Position numbers and translations under genes: made by a program. DNA of 64,000 nt from the human T2T-CHM13v2.0 reference genome, Homo sapiens, in assembly GCF_009914755.1 (NCBI RefSeq), contig NC_060938.1; one strand, 5' to 3'. A model generated the notes under the pieces. It ran no database searches, was not told where the DNA came from, and worked only from the letters and a program-made list of their open reading frames with translations. Below are positions 1 through 11,930 of this stretch, piece after piece; the stretch's first letter is position 1; every line of letters starts with the position of its first letter.

Positions 1-129
1 AAGCATTTTATAGTAAAACATCTAAGGTTGAGGTTCATTCTCAATCTTCATTCTCTATGGCATCTGACGCTACTGACCAGGCTTCCTATTAATAGTACCT
101 TATAGATACAGAGTTATCTGCCATTTCCA

Positions 130-330
130 TGCATCTTCTTGTGTTATCCCATTTTATCTTCACATAACCCTGTAAGATAGCCAGAACAGTACTGTGCTCA
201 TGCAATGTCATATATGAAGAAACTGATACATAAAGCAGTCATATGTCTTGCCCACATTGACATGATATTAGGTACCAAAGCCAAGACTAGATAAATCTGA
301 TCTCTCAGTCAGGGCTCATTCTGTACCACG
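130..330 (-). mobile_element. MIR SINE fragment
   Basis: Degenerate reverse MIR core: cttcacataaccctgtaagatag...gaagaaactgatac...cttgcccac. Confidence 0.6.
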
Positions 331-589
331 TCATCTTGGCTTTTGTGATACTATAATAATAGGAGTACCTGTATTTACCATATGATTGCCAGGCACTCCA
401 CAAGACCTAATACCATATATACCTAACTATAGAATCTGAGGCTCAGGGAGCTTAAAGCTAAAGCTTTAAGCTTTTTTAATGAGGGGCAAGGAGTATTTGC
501 TCTGTCCCTGGTCCTCTGTCCTTTCCATACTACATAATCTCTATGGCTTCTCTTCTAATTTTCTAAATCCATATCAACAATCCTGTTGT

Positions 590-1250
590 CACCTACAAAA
601 TCCATTTCTTTATCTACAGTTGCCAAGTAGAAATTTCCATTCAAATGGCTTGTCATTATTTCAAGCCTCATATGACTAAAAGTGAATTCATTATCCTCTC
701 TCCTCTAGCCAGTTCCCCCTCCCACCCTCTATAGCATAACATTCTCCCAGCCATAGGGCACAAAACTGCAGTCATTTTTTATTTATTCCTCCCCTCGTCC
801 CCAGATAATGTGTGTTAGTCACAAAGTCCTGTTGACTGTTCTTGTGAAGCCTCTCATCTTTCTTCCCATGTACCTCCCTCTTTATTCCCATGGTTACTTA
901 TTAGAGGCCCTGAAATTGATGTTACTGGGTTGGCTTTCTTCCAGCAAAACTCGCAGGTTTTAGAATTATCCTCATTGAATTCATCTTCTATTCTACTGTC
1001 AGACTAATCTTCCTTAACATAGCTCTGTGATATTACTTCCCTTACATATAAGCCTGCAAAGATCCCAGAATCCATAAGAAAGGAGACTAGAGTTCTGAGT
1101 AGCCCTCAAGCCCTCCAGAATCTTCCTTCTCCTCATCTGGATAAGCTATGAAACTAGGCTCATCATTGCTCACTTCCTTGTCATCATCCCCATACTCAGA
1201 CTGCCTTTCTGCTCACTTCTGCCCCCTTCCAATTCTATCCATCCTTCAAG
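590..1250 (+). mobile_element. L2 LINE fragment, highly diverged
   Basis: CT-rich with L2-like blocks such as caaagtcctgttgact and actgtcagactaatcttcctt. Confidence 0.5.
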
Positions 1251-2444
1251 AGACCAGGTACATTGGAACCCATACAGTCATGAAATTCGTGTCACACATA
1301 TAGCTTGTACCATCCATCCAAGCAACAAGCTGCATGCTGACCTGAGTTATTCATCTTTGCTTTGTGGGAGTTGGCCATATCTCCCAACTGGATGGTAATA
1401 CGCCCAGGAGGAAATGGGGAAAGGGTACATGGCTCATGCTCCTCTATTCCCCACGTCTCCTACAAAATGCCAAGCATGAGCAGGAAAGCCAATAAATCAG
1501 CGCTTCTTACAGCTTTAACATGCACCTGGTAGGCTTGCTTCCCTAGGATGAGGTCTGTGGTCACTCCATGTGATGTTGGAGCAGGTAGTTTATAGACCAT
1601 ATTTTGAGAAGCCCTGATTTTTTCAGAGTGAGCTGAAAAATTCATGCCAAAGGCAGACATGACATTGTTTTCTATTCCTTTGCTTGTCAACTAGATCAGG
1701 AATCATTCAAATACACATAATTTTCTGTTGTTCAAGAGTAGTTTTTTTTTTTTTTTAGAAAGCCAAAGATTTGCTATGCATAAAACAAAATTCTAGGAAT
1801 TTTGGAGAATGTGAGCGTCAACAAATTTTCCAAACTCAGAAAGCAAGAATTTGGTCTATAACAGATTTTACAAAAAATCTCATGCAATAGATGAATTAGA
1901 AAAGGCATTTGGGGATTGGACACGGAAATTAGAATGGAGAATTCTTCCAGCTAAAAATTTAATTCATTAAGCAACCCAGGAAACATAGTTTTCCAATGAA
2001 TAATCTTCCATAAATATACAGATAGTGAGGCAGAGAAAGAAGGAAAGGATCGTATGATGCTTTTAGCATTACAAAATTATTTAATGAATTTCCAAAACAT
2101 TTTAAAATATGTTGAATATTTATGAAACTAGATTCAGTAAAAAATGAAGAAGATAGTTCAGCAAAAAGAATAAAAGAGATACTTGCAGATAACATATTTT
2201 ATATTTATGTTAATAATCCAAAACTGGATAAAATTATATAGTTCTTCAGAAGCAAATATGTCACATTATGGACTTTTCTTGACAAGGGAGAACTAGAGGA
2301 GGATTTTTAAAAGGCCACAAGTCTGTGAAGAGCACATTTTAAGTAGTCAATTTGGGGTAACTATGGTTTTTGTGATGCACACAGTTTCCAGTTTCATTAG
2401 TATGTGGTTTATTTTTTGAGAAATATGGAATAATTTTAAAATAA

Positions 2445-4745
2445 TGATATGGCTTGACTGTGTCCCCACCCAAATCTCATCTTGAATTCCCACGTGTTGT
2501 GGGACAGACCCAGTGGGAGGTAATTGAATCATGGGGCAGGTCTTTCCCATCCTGTTCTCGTGATAGCGAGATCTGATGGTTTTATAAAAGGGAGTTTCCC
2601 TGCCCAATCTCTCTTTTTGCCTACTGCCATCCATGTAAGACATGACTTGCTCCTCCTTACTTTCCACCATGATTGTGAGGCTTCTCCAGCCATATGGAAC
2701 TGTAAGTCCATTAAACCTCTTTCTTTTGTAAATTGCCCAGTCTCAGGTATGTCTTTATCAGCATTATGAAAGCTGACTAATATAGTAAATTGATACCAGT
2801 AAAGTGGGGTGCTGCTGAAAAGATACTGGAAAACATGAAAAGATACTGAAAAGACACAACTTTGGAAGTGGGTAAGAGGCAGAGGTTGGAACAGTTTGGA
2901 GGACTCAGAAGAAGACAGAAAAATGTGGGAAAGTTTGGAACTGCCTAGAGACTTGTTAAACGGCTTTGACCAAAAGCCTGATAGCAATATGGACAATAAG
3001 GTCCAGAATGAGCTGGTCTCAGATGGAAATGAGGAACTTGCTGGGAACTGGAGCAAAGGTAACTCTTGTTATGCTTTAGCAAAGAGACGGCAACATTTTG
3101 CCCTTGCCCTAGAGATTTGTGGAACTTCAAACTTGAGAGAGATGATTTACGGTATCTGGCAGAAGAAACTTCTAAGCAGCAAAGCATTCAAGATGTGACT
3201 AGGGTGCTGTTAAAGGCAGTCAGTTTCATAAGGGAAACAGAGCATAAAAGTTCGGAAAATTTGTAGCCTAATAATGTGATAGAAAACCCAATTTTCTGAG
3301 GACAAATTCAAGTCAGCAGCAGAGATTTGCATAAGTAACAAGGAGCCAAATGTGAATCCCCAAGACAAAGGGGAAAATGTCTCCAGGGCATGTCAGAGGT
3401 CTTCACAGTAGCCCCTCCCATCACAGGCCCCAAGGCCTAGGAGAAAATTATTTCATGGGTGAGTCCAGGGTCCCGTGCTGTATGCAGCCTAGGGACTTGG
3501 TGCCCTGCTTCTCAGCCACTCCAGCCATGGCTGAAAGGGGACAAGCTGAAGCTCTGGCTTCAGAGGGTGCAAACCCCAAGCCTTGGCAGCTTCCACGTGG
3601 TATTGAGCCTTCAAGTTCACAGAAATCAAGAATTGAGGTTTGGGAACCTCCACCTAGATTTCAGAGGATGTATGCAAGCACCTGGATGTCCAGGCAGAAG
3701 TTTGCTGCAGGGGTGGGGCTCTCAGGGAGAATCTCTGCTAGGGCAGTGCAAAAGAGAAATGTAGGGTCAGAGCCCCACACAGGCTCCCTACTGGTGTACC
3801 ACATAGTGGAGCTGTGAGAAGAGGGCCACTGTCCTTCAGACCCCAGAACAGTAGATCCATCGACAGCTTGCACCATGTGCCTGGAAAAGCCACAGGCACT
3901 CAATGCCAGCCTATGAAAAGAGCCAGGAGGGAGGCTGTACCCTGAAAAGCCACAGGGGCAGAGCTTCCCAAGACCATGGGAACCCACCTCCTGCATCAGT
4001 GTGACCTGGTTGCCCAAGATCATGGGAACCCACCTCCTGCATCAGTGAGACACGGAGTCAAAGGAGATCATTTTGAAGCTTTAAGATTTGACTGCCCTGC
4101 TGGATTTCAGACATGCATGGGGACTGCAGCCCCTTTGTTTTGGCCAATTTCTCCCATTTAGAATGGCTATATTTACCCAATGCCTGTACCCCCACTGTAT
4201 CTAGGAAGTAACTAAGTTGCTTTTGATTTTACAGGCTTATAGGCAGAAGAGACTTCCTTGTCTCAGATGAGACACTGGACTATAAAATTTTGAGTTAATA
4301 CTGCAACGAGTTAAGACTTTGAGGGACTGTTGGGAAGGCATGATTGGTTTTGAAATGTAAGGACATGAGATTTGGGAGGGGCCAGGGGCAGAATGATATG
4401 GTTTGGCTGTGTCCCCACCCAAATTTCATCTTGAATTCCCACGTGTTATGTGAGGAACCCAGCGGGAGGTAATTGAATCATGGGGCAGGTCTTTTCCATG
4501 CTGTTCTCATGATAGTGAATAAGTCTCACAAGATCTGATGGTATTATAAGGGGGATTTTCCCTGCCCAATCTCTCTCTTTGCCTGCTGCCATCCATGTAA
4601 GACATGACTCGCTCCTCCTTGCCTTCTGCCATGATTGTGAGGCCTCTCCAACCATATGGAACTGTAAGTTGATTAAACCTTTTTCTTTGTAAATTGCCCA
4701 GTCTCGGGTATCTCTTAATCAGCAGTGTGAAAATGGACTAATACA
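2445..4745 (+). mobile_element. Complete THE1 (THE1B-like) MaLR: LTR 2445-2784, internal 2785-4393, LTR 4394-4745
   Basis: Two similar LTRs starting TGATATGG and ending CTAATA(T/C)A, typical THE1 internal region, purine tract GAGGGGCCAGGGGCAGAA before the 3' LTR, 5-bp TSD AATAA/AGTAA. Confidence 0.95.
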
Positions 4746-4999
4746 AGTAATAATGTAACAATAACAATGTCAAGTTAGGGGCACTGTTGTCTTTTAGGAA
4801 GATATAAACATCTTAGTGTAACTAATGACTTCCTTTCTGCTTTCCCCACATTAAAATGGCAACCTGGCTTTTGCTTGAACATCACTAACTGGGAGAGAAT
4901 CTGTCTTTTCTGATCAGTTCTAATTATTAGAACATTTTCTTTCATTCAGAAGAAATCTACTTCTCCACATCACTAGTCCTAATTTTGCTCTGTGAAATC

Positions 5000-5480
5000 A
5001 GCTGGGTCAAGTCTTCTTCCTTTGCTTCATGAAAGTTCTTCTAGTATTTAACATTCAGATCTTCATTCTTTTCTTTTGGATAAAAATTCTTAATTTCTTT
5101 AACTATCTCTCAAATGGCATGTTTTCCAAAAGCCTCCCAATTGCCCTGCTCTCACCGTATTATAGCTCGTCAATGTCTCTCAAAACATGGCACCTACCCT
5201 TTAGTATGAGAATCCAAATTTGGCCTGCCTAGAACAGAATCTAGGGGAGCTATTACCTCGTATAATGTGCACCTGAGACTTTCTATTAATACTATCTGAA
5301 ATTACATAAGATATTTTAGTAATTTCACCATACCACTAGCTCATATTTAGCTAATTACAAAATTCCCAACCCCCACCATGAACTATTTTAAGTTGCATCT
5401 CCTACGTTCTATACATATTAAATAGAATTTTCAGAACTTATAGTCAACATTTTACATTTATAATGTTACAGGCCACTGTT
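5000..5480. mobile_element. Possible L3/CR1 LINE remnant
   Basis: Weak resemblance to CR1-type sequence (ctattacctc...ctattaatact...). Not certain. Confidence 0.3.
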
Positions 5481-5559
5481 CTTCCTTCCCCCTAAAAGCC
5501 CCTAGGCAGAATCCTAGGCCATTATGTCCCTTCCTAAAGATATCCATTAGCGTCTGGTT

Positions 5560-7931
5560 TACTGTAATTCCCAGGATCTGTCATGGTTCATTGTGATGTC
5601 AGTAATCATGTAGGTGACTGTTTCACTCCTATTTTCACCTTTCTTCTGGACTCCTCCAATGACCTTGTCATCCACTCCATCTCAGTTTTCCACTGCTTCT
5701 CAGTAATAGTACCCCTCCTACTATCTACCTCAAACACCCCAGCTACCAAATCATCATCTCTTATCCTTTCATCTCCCTTACTCTAGTACCATTACTCTAG
5801 CAACCCTGCCAGCATATACAATCCACTGCTTATGTCATCTTTTTACTATGCTTCATTCCTCCTCAGCAGATTCCAAGACCAAGCATCTATATACTGCCTT
5901 GCATATATCCTCAAATCCATTTCCCATCTGTTCCCACTGGGATCACTGGAAAACAAAAATCAATCCAACTAACCCTGCACTCTAAACCAAAAACAAGATA
6001 ACATATACAGTGATTGGTCTCACTTTAAGCTCTAAGTGAGCCCCAAGGGCTACTCAGTGTTCCCTCAGTTTGCCCTAGTCCTTTCACTCTCTCATTTTCC
6101 CAAACGACAATTTTATACCTTCTCCCCTCTTCTCAAACTTTCAACAATTCCACTCCTGCCTTCACTCTGTTGACCCTGCTTCCTATTTCATTGATAAAAT
6201 AGAAGCAGTTAATGGAAAACTTCCACCTGTTCTCAGCCCCATCTCCAACCACTCCCTGCAGGTGTGCCCTCTCCTCTGTCTTTCCTCCATTATAGCCATG
6301 AACTGTCCTCACCTTTATCCAATATCAGCCCTTGTCTGTGTGCTGGATCCATCCCTGCTTACTCATTCAGAGACACAGTTTCAGGAAATGCCCCCACCTC
6401 CCGCAACACCAATCTTTCCCTGACTACTGCATCATTTACATCATCTTGCAAATATGCCTTAATATTCTCCATAGCAAAAAAAAAATACTTTCCCTTCTTT
6501 TCATCTCACTCTCCATACAGTTACCTCTTATTCAGTTTCCTTTATAACAAAACTCCCCCAAAGAGTCAAGTCTACAAATACCATCTCTTATTTTCTCCCC
6601 TCTCATTTGCTCTAAAACCATTTCAACCGAGATGTTTTTCCCGGCACTTTGAATGACTTCCTCATTGTCAAATCCAGTGGCTGGCTCTCAGTCTCTATCT
6701 TAACCACAAGCAGCATTTGACGGAATCAATCATTCTATTCCTCTTGACATATATTTATCTTTTCTTCTGGAGTCTCTTTCAGTTTTCCTACTTCGTCGCC
6801 CACTTTTACTCAGTTTTCTTTGAAAGACCTCTGTATATTTGAGTGACCCAGGACTCCTTGACCTCATCACTGTCAACACTCACTCCCTTGGTGATCTCAT
6901 CTCTACACCAACAACTCCCAATGTATATAAGCAGATCAGATCACTCCCCAGCCCCACTCTACACTGCTTACTTGACATCTCCACTTGGACACCAAACAGA
7001 CATTCAAAAATTAACATGTGTAAAACCAAACTCCTGTTTTTTCCCTAAAACTTGCTCTTCCTAAAGTCTTCCCAACCCCAGCTAATAACAACTTCATTCT
7101 TGTGTTTACTCAGGCCAAAAATCATGGCATGTCCCTTGTGTTCTTTCTAACACATTACATACATTCAGAATATATCTAGAATCCAACCACTTTTCACCTC
7201 TTCCAATGCTGTTACTCTGGTGCAAGCCACCATGATTTCTTTCTCAGATTATTGCAATGGCCTACTAGTAGGTCACTCTTGCTCCACACCAACCACCACC
7301 ACCCCCATGTTAGATTCTCAACGCAGTGACTAGAGTGAGTCATTAAACTTAAAACTGAACTCTAAATATGTTCCTTCTCTATTTAACACCTCTCCCATTC
7401 CTGTGGCTCTCATCACACTCAGAGTAATATTTAAAGCTGTTACAAGGGCCTATAGGACCTAATCTATCCACTCCTCTTTACCGCTGACCCTTTGCTCATC
7501 CCCTATCATTCTCCCCTTGCTTACTCCACCTCACTGCTCTTCCTGTGGTTCCTTCAATGTGCTAGGCACACTCCCACCCAGGGCCTTTGCAAAGGAAATT
7601 CCCTCTGCCCAAAATGTTCTTCTCTCAGACATCTGCAAGACTGTTGTGTCACTTCCTTCAAGTCTGTGCTTTAAAGATACCTTATCAAAGAGGTCTTCTT
7701 TGACTATCCCTCTCATTCCCATTACTCTGTTTTGACCTTTTTCACAATACTTAATCATCCCTTGATATAGATGTTCTGGTCTCTGTTGCCCTTCCTTACT
7801 CTCTCCCCTTGCCCCCACCAAGAAAAAAAAAAGTATACTTTATGGATGAGAGGCTTTTATCTGTCCTTTTCTGTACTATAATCCTCAGTGCTTAGACAAA
7901 GCCTGACATATAGCAAGAGTTCAATAAATAG
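5560..7931 (+). mobile_element. L2 LINE, long 3' portion
   Basis: L2 motifs caaatccagtgg and cttgacatctccacttgga, and 3' terminus agtgcttagacaaagcctgacatatagcaagagttcaataaata. Confidence 0.8.
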
Positions 7932-10900
7932 TAGTATAATCATAAGTAATGCTCTCTTGCTAAAACTAATTACAATGGTTACCTCTGGAGAGGGGCAATG
8001 GATTGTTGAAAGGTAAGGTATGAAGACTTCCTTTTCTCTACTTACCCTTTTGTACCTTTTAGATTTTAATACCATGTGTATGTATTTTCTACCCACCCCC
8101 AATTTTTAAATCGGGACAAAAATAATTTTAATAAACAGATTTATCTTGTTGCTTTTGAATAAACATTAAAATCAAGATTTTTTTTCATCGCAATGCTACC
8201 CTGTAGCATATCAGCCATCCTTTGAAATTTTGTGCAGTTTATAAATTAAAGAGCATGCTTTCTATATCTTTATGTCAGTTGAGCGTTTTGCAGAGTTCCT
8301 AGACATAGGAAGGGCTACACACATGTTGGTAATTCAAAATCTGAAAAAGAGGGAAATAATGTTGTACAGGCATTATTTTTTAGTGAACTAGAGGGAATTT
8401 CTGAACAATATATTCATTCTTTTCTAAGGGTCTATGAATATTTAGCATAATAACACATTCTTAGATTCTACCAGCAGTCAGTGTCAAATATATTGGTTTA
8501 TAAGTTTTAAGAATCCACCATTTTCCCCTTTTTGAAAATCACTTATCAATTTCAGCTTTTCTAGCCCTAGTCTTATTCTCCAAAGATACTGGGAATGAAT
8601 TTAAAGCTGCTCAGCACACTCATTCAATTCCATGAGATGTAAAGTAGTTGGATGTGAAGAACTGATCTCATCAAAGTAGTAATACAAGATTTTACCTTCT
8701 GTTTACTTATCCTGGGATCCCAGTATCTCTTTCTGTATGTTTCAATTTTCCAACTTAAGAATCACTGTCCATTTTAAATTAGGGAGCTCAAATAAGAATT
8801 GAGAAGCCCTTCCCTCACTTTTCTCATACCCTATCACTACAGCATCTTCCACAAACAGTGGGCCTCTCTGGCTCACACTCTTCTCACTGTTCTCTTTGCC
8901 CTCAAATATTATTTAACCAAACAAAACTGGTTGTCTTTCATTTTTGGACCATGTTCTTTACAATGACTTTAGCCTAGAGCATTCCTATGTAGATACGTTT
9001 GTCTCTTGAAATGTCTTTTATTTTCACTGCCCTCTAAATTTTCCAGCATCGTTTTCAAAACTCCCTTAGTCACCACTGAAATAATCTAATTGTTGAATAA
9101 AATCACAACTAACTAATCCAAAGATCTTGATGTAACATTTAGCCAGTTATTTCTTTGAAGATGTAGAGAATGAGATAGATGATAGAAATAAAGGGAGAGA
9201 AAGATTTTGTTTTTCACAGCTAGACAAAAAGACAGATTTTGTCTTTCACAGTCTGAGCAAGCTGTGCTCATATTTACTTATCCTGTGTTGATCTCAGAAA
9301 ACTAACTCATACCCTTGTGCCCATGGGGTTAGATTATTATAATTCCCTTCTAGTCAAGCTTCCAGCAATAACTTGGGAATGAAGAAAATGAAAAATAACA
9401 CAAAAGGAACTATTTGGCTAAATTAAATACTGTGAATCAGAAAGGTGCACATGTTTTAGGAAGTCATGACTGACCTGTGTTTAGCACAGATCCTTACACA
9501 AAGGAGGCATTTAACATAAGTCTACTAAGTTGAATTGAACCGCAATGGTTTCTCACTTTACAAAAGATAATAAAAGCTTTCTGTAATCCTTGCAATCCAT
9601 GCTCCCAGGGATAGACAATAAAATGGGCAAGATAACCAATAATGCTTCTCTCAACCCTCAGAATCAGAAGTAAAAAAGAGATGGAGAGAGGAGAGCCTAT
9701 GAGCAGGGCAATGAGCAGGGTGGTTTTCTTGGAACAGTAAGTTCATGAAGGGAAAGTTAACCTGAAAGCCTTTATAATATTTATCAATGTATTTTAAAAG
9801 TATGTAAGCATCTCTAAATTTAATTTAACCTAATTTGAATTCCCTATATTAAAGAACATATATTGTACTTACTTCCAGAAATGGTATTGATTGTATCCAG
9901 AGGATATGCCCACAGAAATAAATTGCATTAGTTTTCCAAACTCTTTTATTCATCTTATATGTTTCTTTAAAGATAGTAATGGCACAGTGTAATGTTCCTT
10001 ACCATTTCAATAGAACTGTAGCTTTCTCAAAAGAAAGAAGATGGAAATTTATACCTTCTGAAGGGGATTACCTGGAAATGACTCCAAATAAAAAATGTCT
10101 ACACATCTGTCAAACACATCCAAAAGTGAAGACAGTTAATCTAGCCTCCAAATGGAATTTAGAAGATGTTTTTCCAATACAGCATCACATTTAGCATTTG
10201 AAAAATGAGGACATATAAACAATATGGTCCATGTAAAGTAAATTGGAAAATGCTTTTTGTAATTATCTTGAAATTTAAGTCAAATTATTTATAAATTGAT
10301 ATCACTGCAGCAAATCATATTGGACTGATTTTTCCTGACCATTCTCCATCATGTTCTTGATTTTGCTTTCCATATATTAAGCAGTCAATGAGTTAATTTC
10401 CAAAGCAGGCAATGAGTTAACCTCTATTTCATTTTGTTCAGATGTTCTATTTAAAATTCTTTCTTTAAACAAAGGACCATTCTTTTTTCCTTTTGTTATT
10501 GTATGCTCCTTTTGAATAGTTTCCAGTAATAAAATAACTGATCATGAAAAAACAGAACAGTTGCTCTTAACATTCTTTGTATAAAGTTATTAGATGATGG
10601 CACTTTTATGATTAACAACGCTAACATGTCGTAGCCTACCTACGGTGTATTAAATGTTCCCTTGTCAACACACATAATTTCACATGTCCATTATCAGTTT
10701 AGACATGAAGTTGTAACTTTAGAAGACAGTGTTATTTTGATGAGACTATTTCCACGCCACAAAAGGGACAGAAGCAATGAGAACACCTGAAAATAGAGGA
10801 TTGATGGAGTTTTATGGTGCAGTTTTAATAATGTTTAAACTTATATTCATTCCAGGACACTGCTGAGACATATTTTTGGAAATGTTCCTGGGATAATTTT

Positions 10901-11124
10901 AATTACCATCAATGTATAAAAATAAATAACAGAATATCTGTCCAGATGGCATGATTGGTGATGTTTTTCAGAAAAACAGTTATTAAAACATCAATATCTG
11001 TCTTATATTTCCATCTAAAAAAGAAACAAAATCTGTTTACAGTGCATCACACTCAAAGTCTAAGTTACTTCTTAGTTTGAGTTGAGTCCCAAAAAAGCAC
11101 CACTCTTTTAAAAAAATAAAGCAC

Positions 11125-11265
11125 TCTTCTGCCATGTGGGGACACAGTGAAAAGACAGCTGTGTGTGGACCAGGAAGCAGACCCTGACCAGACACCAAAT
11201 CTACCTTGATCTTAGATTTCTCAGCTTCTAGCACTGTGAGAAAATAAATTTCTGTTTATAAGCCA
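11125..11265 (+). mobile_element. MLT1-type LTR 3' fragment
   Basis: gccatgtggggacacag...accagacaccaaatct...ttgatcttagatttctcagcttctagcactgtgagaaaataaatttctg. Confidence 0.75.
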
Positions 11266-11774
11266 AAAAAAAGTAAATTAAGAAATACAGTGTAAAGTAG
11301 TGTGCTTAATAGGCATCTCTGATACAATTGAGGGCTCACCTGCTAACTTTGCTTATAGCAATAGAACTGCCAAAATAACAGACCAGGAAGCTGGACAAGA
11401 TTTGTTTGGAATTTTAAGATCTAGTTATTTATTTATACAGCATTTCTGGCGTTTGAGTCTCTTATAGCAGCACATCCGGTCTACTTAATAAGAAACACAG
11501 AGATTTAAGACATTAACCAATCAACAACTATATCAGAAATTCCTTCTAGCCACAATCATAAACTAAAAAATTTCTATATAAATATGCAAAATATGTGCTC
11601 CTTCCATCTTTCTTCATTCTTCTCCCATCCAAACGTAGTATCATGTTTGATTTTATTACTATATTTGTTGCCTAGGATAGAAAACCCCAAACACATTCAA
11701 TAAAGCAAGGTATTTCTATAATAATAATACTAAAAATGCAAAATGCATTGTTATTTACTACAGCCACCTTTCTG

Positions 11775-11930
11775 TAACAATGCACTGTACATTTTGAAAT
11801 TGCTAAAAGAGTAAATTTTAAACGCTTTTACCACAAAAAAAAAGTACATGAGATGATGGATTTGTTAGCTAATCATTTGACAATGCAGACATATGTCAAA
11901 ACATCACACTGTACCCCACAAATATATATT
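11775..11930 (+). mobile_element. Old L1 (L1MA/MB) 3' UTR fragment
   Basis: aaattgctaaaagagtaaattttaaa...aaaacatcacactgtacccc. Confidence 0.7.

Noticed and set aside
2675-2700. PRDM9 hotspot motif position in the THE1 LTRs (also 4640-4660)
   Set aside because: The LTRs read CTTCTCCAGCCAT and CCTCTCCAACCAT, not the hot CCTCCCTAGCCAC allele.
2529-4023. ORFs of 100-175 aa in THE1
   Set aside because: Broken remnants of the MaLR internal ORF or antisense noise.
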